Source: Gemmatimonadaceae bacterium (GTDB lineage: Bacteria > Gemmatimonadota > Gemmatimonadetes > Gemmatimonadales > Gemmatimonadaceae). From it: a DNA stretch of 64,000 bases. The notes under the pieces are model-generated. The model saw only the letters and a list, made by a program, of their open reading frames with translations, was not told the DNA's origin and did no database searches. Shown one piece after another: positions 9,882 to 19,547 of the stretch. The DNA lies in assembly GCA_051859245.1 (NCBI GenBank), contig JBHYGA010000001.1, positions 1,373,722 through 1,437,721 on the forward strand. The letters run 5' to 3'. How positions within the stretch are numbered: position 1 is the stretch's first letter; each line of letters opens with the position of its first letter. A program made the translations under genes and the position numbers.

Positions 9882-11285
9882 ATGAGCACACGCATCGAGA
9901 AGGATCCGCTCGGCGAGTTGCCCGTGCCGACAGCGGCACTCTACGGAGTGCAGACACTTCGCGCCGCGCAAAATTTTCCTATCAGCGGACTTGCTCCGCT
10001 GCCTGCGTTCGTCACCGCCGTCGTGCACATCAAACGTGCGGCGGCGCTCGCGCACAACGCGTCCGGCAGGCTCGACGAGTCCCTCGCGAACGCGATCGTC
10101 TCCGCCGCTGACGAAGTGCTGGCGGGTCAGCATCGCGAGCACTTCATTGTGGATCCGTACCAGGCGGGTGCTGGTACATCGCACAACATGAACGCGAACG
10201 AAGTGCTCGCGAATCGTGCGAACGAGTTGCTCGGATCGGCGCGTGGTACCTATGCTCCGGTGCATCCGAATGATCACGTCAACATGGCGCAATCCACCAA
10301 CGACGTGATCCCCACCGCGATCCGTCTCGGTGCACTCGACATGTTGCGCCCGTTTGATCGTGCGGTGTCGGCGTTGATTGCGACACTGGCGGAAAAGGGC
10401 ATCGAGTTTGACGATGTACTCAAAAGCGGACGCACGCATTTGCAGGACGCCATGCCCATTCGTCTGGGTCAGGAGTTCACGGCCTATGCGCGAACGCTTG
10501 AGCGCAATCTCGCGCGTGTGCATCAGGCGGCAGACTATTTGCGCGATCTCGGTATCGGTGGAAGCGCTGTGGGCACGGGCGTGAACGTGGAGCCTTCATA
10601 TCCGTCGGCCATGGTCGCGGAGCTCTCCAACGCGATGTCGCTCGAACTGCGAGCGGGCAGCGACCGTATTCAGCTCATGCAGAGCCTCGGTGATGCTGCT
10701 GCGTTCAGCGCCACGTTGCGCGTGTTCGCGCTGGATCTCAGCAAAATTGTGTCGGACTTGCGCCTGATGGTGAGCGGGCCGCGCACCGGACTTGATGAGA
10801 TTCGTCTGCCCGCCGTGCAACCTGGCTCGTCGATCATGCCCGGAAAGATCAACCCGTCGATCCCGGAAATGGTGAACCAGGTGTGTTTCCAGGTGGTGGG
10901 CAACGATTCGTGCGTCAGCATGGCCGCCGAGCACGGCCAGCTCGAGTTGAACGTGATGATGCCAGTCATTGCGCACAACATTTTCCAGTCCATGGAGATT
11001 CTCACGAACGCTGTGCGTGTACTCGACGAGAGATGCGTGCGCGGGATCGAAGCGAACCGGGAAATGTGCGCGTACTGGCTCGAGCGTTCGGCGGCGCTGG
11101 CAACGGCGCTGGCTCCCCGTATTGGTTACGCCAGGGCGGCCGAACTCAGCAAGCAGTCGGTCAAGGAAGAGGTCCTGATCCGCGAACTGGTGCACCGCGA
11201 GCAGGTGCTGCCGCCGGAAGAGATCGATCGCGTACTCGATCTGCGGCGTCTCACGGAAATCGGTGTTCCCGGCGAAGCGTCCTGA
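9882..11285 (+). CDS. Aspartate ammonia-lyase / class II fumarase family lyase
   Basis: GSSIMPGKINP signature, GRTHLQDA, QSTND. Confidence 0.9.
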   Translation: MSTRIEKDPLGELPVPTAALYGVQTLRAAQNFPISGLAPLPAFVTAVVHIKRAAALAHNASGRLDESLANAIVSAADEVLAGQHREHFIVDPYQAGAGTSHNMNANEVLANRANELLGSARGTYAPVHPNDHVNMAQSTNDVIPTAIRLGALDMLRPFDRAVSALIATLAEKGIEFDDVLKSGRTHLQDAMPIRLGQEFTAYARTLERNLARVHQAADYLRDLGIGGSAVGTGVNVEPSYPSAMVAELSNAMSLELRAGSDRIQLMQSLGDAAAFSATLRVFALDLSKIVSDLRLMVSGPRTGLDEIRLPAVQPGSSIMPGKINPSIPEMVNQVCFQVVGNDSCVSMAAEHGQLELNVMMPVIAHNIFQSMEILTNAVRVLDERCVRGIEANREMCAYWLERSAALATALAPRIGYARAAELSKQSVKEEVLIRELVHREQVLPPEEIDRVLDLRRLTEIGVPGEAS

Positions 11286-11350
11286 GCCGTTTGCTGCCGC
11301 CGCCGCCGGGCACGACGTGGCGTGTGCAGGGTAGCAGGCACCACGAATGC

Positions 11351-11380
11351 TTGCCATGCAGGGCGCGATTCCGGTAGACT
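11351..11380 (+). promoter_or_regulatory. sigma70-like promoter for the Rrf2 gene (probably leaderless)
   Basis: TTGCCA-N18-TAGACT, ATG 5 nt after the -10. Confidence 0.5.
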
Positions 11381-11385
11381 GATAT

Positions 11386-11880
11386 ATGCGTATTACGACG
11401 TGGGCGGAGTATGGGCTGATTTGCGCGCTGCATCTGGCGCGCCGTCAGGATGAAGGGCCTGTCACGGGCCGCGAAATCGCGGCCAACGAACGGCTCTCGG
11501 GCGACTACGTCGAACAGATACTGCTGCGACTTCGTCGCGCAGAAATCGTGCGCAGCACACGTGGTGCGCGCGGCGGATATCAGCTTGCACGGCCGGCCGC
11601 AGAAATCACCGTGCGTGATGTGATTCAGGCGTCGGAGCTGTCCACGTTTGATCTGCACTGCGTGTCGCATCCCGTGGATAGCGAACGATGCTCCGATGCG
11701 AGCGCGTGCAGCATTCGCCCGGTGTGGCTGTTATTGCAACAGCGCATTGACGAAGTGCTTGAAGGCGTGAAGCTCTCCGACCTGATCGCGCACGAGGCGA
11801 CAATTCGGGCGCGCGTTGGCCTCTCATCCGTTGGCGTACGACCCGGCACGGGTGTAGCGCTGCCCGTATTGCAGGGCTGA
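11386..11880 (+). CDS. Rrf2 family transcriptional regulator with three Cys (Fe-S type)
   Basis: STRGARGGYQLARPAAEITV wHTH; C-x9-C-x5-C. Confidence 0.9.
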   Translation: MRITTWAEYGLICALHLARRQDEGPVTGREIAANERLSGDYVEQILLRLRRAEIVRSTRGARGGYQLARPAAEITVRDVIQASELSTFDLHCVSHPVDSERCSDASACSIRPVWLLLQQRIDEVLEGVKLSDLIAHEATIRARVGLSSVGVRPGTGVALPVLQG

Positions 11881-11885
11881 TTCGT

Positions 11886-12443
11886 ATGCGAGGATTGTTG
11901 GCCTCCATGCAGGAAAAGAAGCGTCGACAGGGGTTGGCCGAACGCTATGTGGCCGCGCTGCTGAAGTCGGCGTCAGCAGACGATGTGAAACTGTTGGCGA
12001 ATGCCGGCGGAAAATCGGAAGCACTCGCGCGTATCGAACTGGCGTACGCGCAGCGTGCGATCGGTTTGATTGTGGCCGAGCGGGATGCGCTTGATGATCA
12101 GACCGCTGCAGACGTGTCGCACGCGCTTGACGCTGTGGTCGCGAAGGAAGCGCGCTCGCAACGAGAGCTGACCGGGGCGTGGAGTGAACACTGGCGCGAC
12201 TACGCCGATGCGCTTGCCGCTCGCGGTCGTGCTGAACCGCCGCTCGGGCGCATTGCGCGCGTGTTGCTGCGGCGCTGCGGCGTGATGGAGCCAAGCGCCG
12301 AGCAGTTGGAGCGAGCGGTTGGCATCGTCACGGCGTTCCGCCACGCCGCGAATGACGCGCTGCGCTCGGTGTACGGGGCGGCCTCGCTGCCTGAGGACAG
12401 AACCCCGTCCGCGTGGTTCCGCGAGAAGACCGGACACGGCTGA
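11886..12443 (+). CDS. Hypothetical helical protein (185 aa)
   Basis: ATG 5 nt after the Rrf2 stop; followed by a hairpin terminator. Confidence 0.65.
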   Translation: MRGLLASMQEKKRRQGLAERYVAALLKSASADDVKLLANAGGKSEALARIELAYAQRAIGLIVAERDALDDQTAADVSHALDAVVAKEARSQRELTGAWSEHWRDYADALAARGRAEPPLGRIARVLLRRCGVMEPSAEQLERAVGIVTAFRHAANDALRSVYGAASLPEDRTPSAWFREKTGHG

Positions 12444-12467
12444 TCGCGCGTGGTGTACACGAACGAC

Positions 12468-12502
12468 AAAGCGGCGGAGCACCCGAGGGTGTCCGCCGCT
12501 TT
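12468..12502. terminator. Bidirectional hairpin terminator between convergent ORF and tRNA
   Basis: AAAGCGGCGGA-GCACCCGAGGGTG-TCCGCCGCTTT inverted repeat. Confidence 0.7.
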
Positions 12503-12530
12503 GTGTACTCAGTCATCAACTCCTCACAGG

Positions 12531-12614
12531 TGCCGAAGGCCGGACTCGAACCGGCACGGGCTTGCGCCCACTGCGCCCTGAACGCAGCGCGTCTACCAAT
12601 TCCACCACTCCGGC
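12531..12614 (-). tRNA. tRNA-Leu (anticodon CAG); CCA not genome-encoded (reads CCT)
   Basis: Reverse complement GCCGGAGTGGTGGAATTGGTAGACGCGCTGCGTTCAGGGCGCAG...GGTTCGAGTCCGGCCTTCGGCA, with long variable arm and T-loop GTTCGA. Confidence 0.95.
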
Positions 12615-12646
12615 GTGCGCAACCCACGAACTTTGCGCGAATCGTG

Positions 12647-12676
12647 AGTATAGGGGGAGGGATATCCCCAAGTCAA
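12647..12676 (-). promoter_or_regulatory. sigma70-like promoter of tRNA-Leu
   Basis: Minus strand TTGACT-N18-TATACT about 30 nt upstream of the tRNA. Confidence 0.65.
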
Positions 12677-12736
12677 CGTGTCGCGCGGCGCAAACTGTTG
12701 TGCCGCGTGCCTGAACCGTCTTAGCTTCACAATCGC

Positions 12737-13210
12737 ATGGCCAAACCTGATGATTCGGACGAACCGAGAAAGCTGATCGCGCGGAACAAGCGCGCCCGTC
12801 ACGACTACGAGATTACGGAGACGTGGGAGGCGGGCCTCGTGCTGAAAGGCACCGAGGTCAAATCCCTGCGTGAAGGCCGTGCCAACCTCACGGACGCCTA
12901 CGGCATCACGGTGGAGGGCGAGGTCTTCATTCTGAACCTCAACATCGGGACCTACGGGCAGGGGAACCAGTTCAATCACGACCCCACCCGGTCGCGAAAA
13001 CTGTTGCTCCACCGGCGGGAAATCCGTCGTTTATACGGTTCGCTCGAGCGGCAGGGACTCACTCTGATTCCGCTGGAGATGTACTTCGTTCGCGGTCGCG
13101 TCAAAGTGCTGCTCGGGCTGGGTCGAGGGAAAAAGGCCCATGACAAGCGCGAGGATATCAAGCGCAAAGACGCGGACCGCGAGATTGCCCGTGCGCTCCG
13201 CACTCGCTAG
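12737..13210 (+). CDS. smpB: SsrA-binding protein
   Basis: NKRARHDY, EAGLVLKGTEVKSLR, RKLLLH, GKKAHDKR. Confidence 0.97.
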   Translation: MAKPDDSDEPRKLIARNKRARHDYEITETWEAGLVLKGTEVKSLREGRANLTDAYGITVEGEVFILNLNIGTYGQGNQFNHDPTRSRKLLLHRREIRRLYGSLERQGLTLIPLEMYFVRGRVKVLLGLGRGKKAHDKREDIKRKDADREIARALRTR

Positions 13211-13254
13211 GTCGCGTCGCGCCCGTCTTTTGTCCTTCGTCGTCCGCTGAACTC

Positions 13255-14496
13255 GTGTTGCTCTCGCTCCTCTGTGCCTGTCAGATCGCTGCTGCCTCGC
13301 CGCCGCCACTGGTTGTGAAGGTGGGCGATCGCGTGCGCTCCGTGCCCGTGGTCGCGCACCCAGAGGGTGGGTCGGCCATGCGTGCCGACCTGCTCGCCGA
13401 GGCCTTGGGCGGCACGTTCGCCCGTGACACGAGCGGTCGCTGGCGTCTGAATATTGGGGAAACGGGGCTCACGCTTACCGTGCTCTCGCCCTTCGCCCAG
13501 AACGGCGACGACGTGTGGCCAATGCCCTCGTCTCCGTACGCCACGGCGGGTCGGGTGTTCGTGCCGTACGCGCTCGCCGCTGACGTGCTGCCGCGTGCCA
13601 TGGGCGGGCTGCTCTTTGACACCCAGCGCATCGAGCTGCGGCGTTTTGCGCCCGTCACACGACGCGCCGTGGTGGCCAAGGAGTCTGAGGATCCGCCGGC
13701 TCGCTCCGTTCCCCCGCCCGTGCAGGCCACAGCCGTGACACCGCCGCCGCTTTCGGCGCCCGCCCGAGCGCCGGCGCGCAGTCGGCTCGTGGTGGTCGAT
13801 GCAGGACATGGTGGACGCGACCCAGGCACGACACTGAACACGGGCACCACGCGAGTCGCCGAAAAAACCGTGGCCCTCGCCGTGTCGCTCAAACTGCGCG
13901 AGGCTCTGCAGGCGCGCGGCGTGACTGTTGTGATGACGCGTACCAAAGACACACTCATCGCATTGCGGGATCGTGGCCCGATTGCCAATCGCGCCAAAGG
14001 CGATCTGTTCGTGTCGGTGCACGTGAACGCGGCCAATCCGAACTGGAAAAACCCCACGGCAACGCGCGGCTTCGAAACCTATTTTCTGGCCGAAGCAAAA
14101 ACGGCGGATGACGCGCGCGTGGCGGAAATGGAGAACGAAGCGGTCAAGTTTGAAACGACCGAAGAAACATCGCGTTCCGATCCGCTCGGCTTCATTCTGC
14201 GTGACATGGCGCAGAACGAACATCTGCGCGAATCACTCATGCTGGCCACACTCACGCAGGATCACCTCAAGTCGGTGCATCCGGGACCGAGTCGTGGTGT
14301 GAAGCAGGCGCCATTCAGTGTGCTCGTGCACTCGTTTATGCCGTCCATGCTGGTGGAGCTTGGATTCGGTTCAAACCCGGCCGAAGCGCGTTGGATGCTG
14401 TCGGAGGCCGGACAGAAGGAACTAGCCGAAGCCATTGCCGACGCGTGTGTCGCGTATCTCGCGCAATACGAACGCAAAGTGATGGGCGAGCCGTGA
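13255..14496 (+). CDS. N-acetylmuramoyl-L-alanine amidase (Amidase_3)
   Basis: Signal-like N-terminus; DAGHGGRDPG, EK, SVHVNA, RGFETYFL, LVELGF. Confidence 0.9.
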   Translation: MLLSLLCACQIAAASPPPLVVKVGDRVRSVPVVAHPEGGSAMRADLLAEALGGTFARDTSGRWRLNIGETGLTLTVLSPFAQNGDDVWPMPSSPYATAGRVFVPYALAADVLPRAMGGLLFDTQRIELRRFAPVTRRAVVAKESEDPPARSVPPPVQATAVTPPPLSAPARAPARSRLVVVDAGHGGRDPGTTLNTGTTRVAEKTVALAVSLKLREALQARGVTVVMTRTKDTLIALRDRGPIANRAKGDLFVSVHVNAANPNWKNPTATRGFETYFLAEAKTADDARVAEMENEAVKFETTEETSRSDPLGFILRDMAQNEHLRESLMLATLTQDHLKSVHPGPSRGVKQAPFSVLVHSFMPSMLVELGFGSNPAEARWMLSEAGQKELAEAIADACVAYLAQYERKVMGEP

Positions 14497-15938
14497 TGGT
14501 GTACGCACCTCGGCGCGTCGCACGGTGCGTCGCCGTCGGGGTGATGCTGCTGAGCAGCGGCTGTGCGTATTACAACGGCATGTACAACGCGCGACAGGCT
14601 ATGCGTCGCGCTGACGCGCTCGCGCAGCGCGGATTGATCGATAGCGCGTCCGTGCACTACGCACGCGCGGCGGAAGCGGCCGAGTACGTATTGCGGCGAC
14701 ATGCGGATTCTCCGTTCCGGTCCGAGGCGTTGTTGCTCGCCGGCCAGGCCTCGGCGCAAACGGGGGCGTGCAGCACGGCAACCGACCGGTTGAGTGCGCT
14801 GCTGGCGCTCGACAGTCTGTCACTTGATGATCGGGCGCGCGCCAGTCTGGCCTTCGCCGTGTGTCACGTGCAGAACGCCGAGTATGCGGCGGCCGCCACG
14901 CGACTTGAAGCGGTGGACATTGCGCTCACCCAGGCTGACAGCGCGGCCACAGCAACCACCGAACGTCAGGAGCTTCGGCGCGCGGTCCGTCGCTGGCGTG
15001 CGCGCATTGCGCTGGCCATGAACGACGCGACACTTGCGGATCAGCTGTTGCGCGACCTGAGTGAACGCGATGCGCCGTGGGAACGCGCTGCGTTCGCGGT
15101 GTCACAACGCGACTGGCCGCGCGCCGATGCGCTGTTGGTTGCGCGGGCCACGGTTGGTGACGTGCATCCCATGCTCGACGCCTTGTTGCGTGACGCGTCG
15201 GTGCAGCAGCAGTACTCGCTCGTTTCGCGCGTTGCGGATGCGTACGCCGCCAGTCAGGCACCGCGTGCCGTTCGGGCGCGTGTGCAGCTGTTGGCAGGCG
15301 ACGCGGCGGCGCTCGCGGGAGATTCGACCACGGCGCGCTCGCACTACAGCCGCGTCCTGAGTCGCGCGCTTGCCGACAGCATCACGGTGCGAGAGGCATC
15401 CGCGCGGCTCACGCAGATGGCGGTCATGCGCGCGGATTCTGTGTCGGCATTACGGGCGCTGCTCGACACCGCACCGGTTGAAGCACGCGGCAGTGCTGTG
15501 TACGACCGCATCGAAGCGGCGAGTGTCTTGTTCCTGAGTTTGTACGACACCGATGATCCATCGGGTGCGGCGTGGTATCTGGCGGGTGAGGTGGCGCGCG
15601 ACAGTCTGTCGTCGCGGCGACTGGCGCTCACGGTGTGGCGCGAACTCGAGATGCGTTGGCCCGACGCGCCGCTGACACCGCGCGCGCTCTACGCGGCGCA
15701 CGTGCTGACGCCCGACTCGGCCGACGCGATCAAGGCACGATTGCTGACTCGGTATAGCGCGTCGTCCATGGCGTCGCTTGTGCGGGGCGAAGGCGTGAAT
15801 GAGTCGGCCGATCAGCGGGCGGCCGATGCGTTGCTCGAATCGCGCTGGCGCTTGGCCGTACGTGGGCTCGACGAAGCGCTTCGCCTGCGGCGCTCCGCCG
15901 CTCGTTCTGACACCACGCGTGCCCCGAATGGCCGGTAA
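14496..15938 (+). CDS. TPR-like alpha-helical lipoprotein
   Basis: Lipobox-like SSGC followed by AYYNGMYNA; Ala-rich helical repeats; TGATG coupling. Confidence 0.7.
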   Translation: MVYAPRRVARCVAVGVMLLSSGCAYYNGMYNARQAMRRADALAQRGLIDSASVHYARAAEAAEYVLRRHADSPFRSEALLLAGQASAQTGACSTATDRLSALLALDSLSLDDRARASLAFAVCHVQNAEYAAAATRLEAVDIALTQADSAATATTERQELRRAVRRWRARIALAMNDATLADQLLRDLSERDAPWERAAFAVSQRDWPRADALLVARATVGDVHPMLDALLRDASVQQQYSLVSRVADAYAASQAPRAVRARVQLLAGDAAALAGDSTTARSHYSRVLSRALADSITVREASARLTQMAVMRADSVSALRALLDTAPVEARGSAVYDRIEAASVLFLSLYDTDDPSGAAWYLAGEVARDSLSSRRLALTVWRELEMRWPDAPLTPRALYAAHVLTPDSADAIKARLLTRYSASSMASLVRGEGVNESADQRAADALLESRWRLAVRGLDEALRLRRSAARSDTTRAPNGR

Positions 15939-15992
15939 TTTCGCTAGATTTCTGGGATAACCACGATCCCCACGGCCTCATCACTGATTCGA

Positions 15993-16982
15993 GTGGCTCT
16001 CTCTACCGCGTCTCCTGACACTACGCAGCCTACGGTCACCGCAATGCCGCGCCAGTTGCCGCTTGGTGTGCATGCCGCGGGGCTCTCGTTTCGAAATCCG
16101 ATTGTGCTGGCATCGGGCACCGCCGGGTACGGATACGAACTCGCTGAAGTGGTTGACCTGGATGCGATCGGTGGTGTGTCGAGCAAAGCGGTGAGTGTGG
16201 CACCGCGTCATGGCGCCGCGCCGCTGCGGGTCGGAGAGTTCGCGGGTGGCATGATCAACGCGGTGGGACTCGCGAACCCCGGCATGGAAGCGGTCAAGCG
16301 CGAACATCTCGGCTACATGACGCGTGAACACGCCAACACGCGCGTGCTAGTGAATGTTATCGGCTTTTCCATTCCTGAGTTTGCGGAAGTGATCGCGCAC
16401 CTCGATGACGCGCCAGGCCACAGTGCCTACGAACTGAACGTGAGTTGTCCGAACACCAAGGCGGGTGGTATCGAGTTTGGCGCCGATCCAAGTGCGCTGG
16501 CCGAGGTAGTGTCGAGTGCGCGTGCCGCCACGAAGCGCCCGCTCTTTGTGAAGCTGTCGCCGGCGCTGGGGACGGGGCTTGTTGCGGCGGCAAAAACGGC
16601 GGTGGACGCCGGTGCGGATGCAATCACCTTAATCAACACCATGCCTGGCCTTGTGATTGATACCGATGCTCGCAAACCGCGTCTGGGATTCGGCAGCGGC
16701 GGCGTGAGCGGACCGGCGCTGTTGCCCATTGGTGTGCTCGCGACATGGCGCGTATCGCAAGCGTTGCCCGGCGTTCCGCTCTGTGGTTTGGGTGGTGTGT
16801 CCACAGCAGATGACGCGTTGCAGTACATCTTGGCGGGTGCGTCGCTGGTTGGTGTTGGTACCGCGATGCTGCGCGATCCACGCGCACCGGAGCGCATTGT
16901 GCGTGATCTCGCCTCATGGTGCCGCAGGCACAACGTGTCGGATCTCTCGAGCGTGCGTGGTTCGCTCAGGTGGCCGTCATGA
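15993..16982 (+). CDS. pyrD: Dihydroorotate dehydrogenase, family 1
   Basis: ASGTAG, NAVGLANPG, NVSCPN, VKLSP, INT, GGVSG; start may be 16044. Confidence 0.92.
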   Translation: MALSTASPDTTQPTVTAMPRQLPLGVHAAGLSFRNPIVLASGTAGYGYELAEVVDLDAIGGVSSKAVSVAPRHGAAPLRVGEFAGGMINAVGLANPGMEAVKREHLGYMTREHANTRVLVNVIGFSIPEFAEVIAHLDDAPGHSAYELNVSCPNTKAGGIEFGADPSALAEVVSSARAATKRPLFVKLSPALGTGLVAAAKTAVDAGADAITLINTMPGLVIDTDARKPRLGFGSGGVSGPALLPIGVLATWRVSQALPGVPLCGLGGVSTADDALQYILAGASLVGVGTAMLRDPRAPERIVRDLASWCRRHNVSDLSSVRGSLRWPS

Positions 16983-17698
16983 GCGCGCGTGTGGTGATCC
17001 CGATCGTCGCGCTGGATGTGCCGGATACGCATTCGGCACGCGCGCTGGTCACGCAGCTGGGTAGCGCGTGTGATTTTTACAAGGTGGGTCTGGAGCTGTA
17101 CGCCGCCGAAGGACCGTCCATTGTGACGTGGCTGCGCGAGCAGGGCAAGCGCGTCTTTGTGGATCTCAAGCTGCACGACATTCCCAACACAGTGCGTGGT
17201 GCAGCGCGCAGTGTGTCACGTCATGGTGCCTCGTTGCTCACCGTGCACGCTGGTGGCGGCGCGGCGATGGTGCAGGCCGCGGTCGAAGGCGCGCGCGAGG
17301 GCGGCGGCGAGTGTGAAATCATTGCGGTCACACTGCTCACGTCGCTCGATGCCGCGACCGTGGCGCGAACGTGGGGGCGCTCCGAAGTTGATGTGACGAC
17401 CGAGGTGGTGCGCCTCGCTGGCATCGCGCGTGAAGGCGGAGCCGCCGGAGTGGTGTGCAGCGGCCACGAGCTTGGCGCGCTCACCGCCGCGTACGGTTCC
17501 GCGCTCGGCTATCTGGTGCCCGGACTCAGGCTCGCCGGCGGCGCAGCGCACGATCAGCAGCGCGTGATGACGCCAGTTGCCGCGGCAGAAGCCGGGGCGA
17601 GTTGGTTGATTCTCGGGCGCGCGGTCACGGGGGCCGCGGATCCTGCGGCGGCCATGCGCGAGATCACGCAGGCACTGCGCCAGCAGCAGCACGCGTAA
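16979..17698 (+). CDS. pyrF: Orotidine-5'-phosphate decarboxylase
   Basis: VALD, KVGLEL, DLKLHDIPNTV, PGLR, DQQRV. Confidence 0.96.
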   Translation: MSARVVIPIVALDVPDTHSARALVTQLGSACDFYKVGLELYAAEGPSIVTWLREQGKRVFVDLKLHDIPNTVRGAARSVSRHGASLLTVHAGGGAAMVQAAVEGAREGGGECEIIAVTLLTSLDAATVARTWGRSEVDVTTEVVRLAGIAREGGAAGVVCSGHELGALTAAYGSALGYLVPGLRLAGGAAHDQQRVMTPVAAAEAGASWLILGRAVTGAADPAAAMREITQALRQQQHA

Positions 17699-17702
17699 CG
17701 GA

Positions 17703-19547
17703 TTAGATCGCGGGAAATATGTCCCGTGACGAGTCGAGATCCTGCCTCGCGGTAGGCGCGGTTTCAATCGCCAGACCCGTCAGCGACGTTTTCGCGCGAT
17801 GTTTGGCGGACGCGGCGGCAGACGCAACATCTTCCGCGTGTGCAAAATCCCGTGGTGAGATGGGCACCGCTCCGATCGAGAGCGTCGTGAACGGGAAAAA
17901 CCGCGCCACACCGTGACGATCTTCTGAGTCAATGCCGCCGCGTTCCACTGCGTGTTCGTCGTACAGTCGTTCCGAGCCCGCATTGAATGTCGCCACAATC
18001 CGCGTGCAGCGTGCGTGCCAATCATCACTCTGGAACAGCACCACAAAATCATCACCGCCAACGTGCCCCACAAAATCGCGCCGAGGATCGCACTGTGATA
18101 CCAGTGTTCGCGCGACGAGGCGGATCATCTCATCGCCACGCCAGTAGCCGTAGTGGTCATTGAACGGCTTGAAATCGTTCAGGTCACAATAGCAGGCAAC
18201 AAAAGAACCACCGCTTCGCAGCAAACGCGCGATGTGTTCGGTAATTGGAATGTTTCCCGGCAAGAAGGTGAGTGGATTCGCGTGTCGCGCGGCTTCAATG
18301 CGTGCCTCCGTTACCACACGCACGAGCTGTTCTCCGGTGCCAAGGCCCATGTATCGCCCGTTGTCGGTAACCACGAAGCCTTCGGTCAGGTAACGCTGAT
18401 CCGACGAGGTGAGCACCGCTGCCATGGCGTCGAGACCGGTGTGGCAATCAAGAACCACCGGCGTGGTGTTCGCAAACTGCAGACACGACTTGCGACCGTA
18501 CAGTTCTCGAAAGAATGGTTTCGCGTACTGATCAGTAAACGACTGTCTGTTCAACATGCCAATCGGACGGTCGTTCTCCACTACGACCACCGCACGCAAC
18601 GACGCGTCCGTCGAGAAGAGCTTCGCGACATCATCAACGGCGGCGTCGGGTGGAATAGCAGGCGACGGTACGGCAAGTCGCGCCACCGTGAAGTCGGATG
18701 CGGCGGCGCGCGTGAGCTCCGGTAGCACTGCGATTTCGGAGTTTGCGATTACAGCGCCGGCGTCCGGAAGCACGGCGATGGCCGGCAGCTCCTGCGGCCG
18801 GCCCAGGAAATACCCCTGACCCAGTGCGATGCCGAGGTCGCGCAATACCTGCAGTTCGCCGGCCGTCTCAATGCCTTCGGCAATCAGCTCTGTGCCAAAT
18901 GACTCCGCGAACCGCATGATGCCGCGGAGTGTCTGCACCTTCACCGCCTGCTGTGGCAAATCGTGCACAAAGTATTTGTCAATCTTCACAAACTCGGGGC
19001 GAAGTTCCGCCCATAGGCGCAAGCTGGATCGACCATCACCGAAGTCGTCCAGCGCAAATCGAAAACCTTCGGCGCGCATCCAGGCCGCCACCTCGATCAA
19101 TCGCGGAAGATCGGCGACGTGCTCATGTTCGGTGATCTCGATGACGAGCGAGGACGGAACGACGGCGATTGCATGCAGCGACTGAAGAATGCTCACGAGT
19201 GTTGCGCGATCACCCATCTGCACAATCGTGTGCGCGCTCAGATTCAGGAAGAGTCGCGTCCCGCGTGCCACACCCACCCATCCGCGTAGTCCTTCGGTGA
19301 GACAGTCGCGCTCGAGTCGCAGCAACAGTTGCTCACGACGCGCTTGCTTGAATATTGCGTCGGACGAGCGAAACGGACTTCCTTCGGGACCACGAATCAG
19401 ACTCTCATGGCCCATCACGTCGCCGTCCTTGAGCCTCACGATGGGCTGATAGTGAGCGCGCAACAGCTTGCGAGTAAGGAGCCACGCGACGGATTGCTCC
19501 GCGCGCGCATCGGCGAGATGGCCGTGGAGCGCGTTGATCGCCGACAT
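17703..19547 (-). CDS. EAL-CBS-GGDEF c-di-GMP turnover protein
   Basis: YQPIV, ESLIR, DDFGDG, IAEGIE, QGYF; central CBS-like pair; NPLTFLPGN, FKPFNDHYG, GGDDF. Confidence 0.9.
   Translation of the reverse strand: MSAINALHGHLADARAEQSVAWLLTRKLLRAHYQPIVRLKDGDVMGHESLIRGPEGSPFRSSDAIFKQARREQLLLRLERDCLTEGLRGWVGVARGTRLFLNLSAHTIVQMGDRATLVSILQSLHAIAVVPSSLVIEITEHEHVADLPRLIEVAAWMRAEGFRFALDDFGDGRSSLRLWAELRPEFVKIDKYFVHDLPQQAVKVQTLRGIMRFAESFGTELIAEGIETAGELQVLRDLGIALGQGYFLGRPQELPAIAVLPDAGAVIANSEIAVLPELTRAAASDFTVARLAVPSPAIPPDAAVDDVAKLFSTDASLRAVVVVENDRPIGMLNRQSFTDQYAKPFFRELYGRKSCLQFANTTPVVLDCHTGLDAMAAVLTSSDQRYLTEGFVVTDNGRYMGLGTGEQLVRVVTEARIEAARHANPLTFLPGNIPITEHIARLLRSGGSFVACYCDLNDFKPFNDHYGYWRGDEMIRLVARTLVSQCDPRRDFVGHVGGDDFVVLFQSDDWHARCTRIVATFNAGSERLYDEHAVERGGIDSEDRHGVARFFPFTTLSIGAVPISPRDFAHAEDVASAAASAKHRAKTSLTGLAIETAPTARQDLDSSRDIFPAI

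Noticed and set aside
12531..12614. tRNA-Leu as an integration site
   Set aside because: No integrase nearby and no duplicated tRNA 3' end seen in the window
12615..13254. tmRNA (ssrA) next to smpB
   Set aside because: Intergenic gaps are too short and no tmRNA ends are visible
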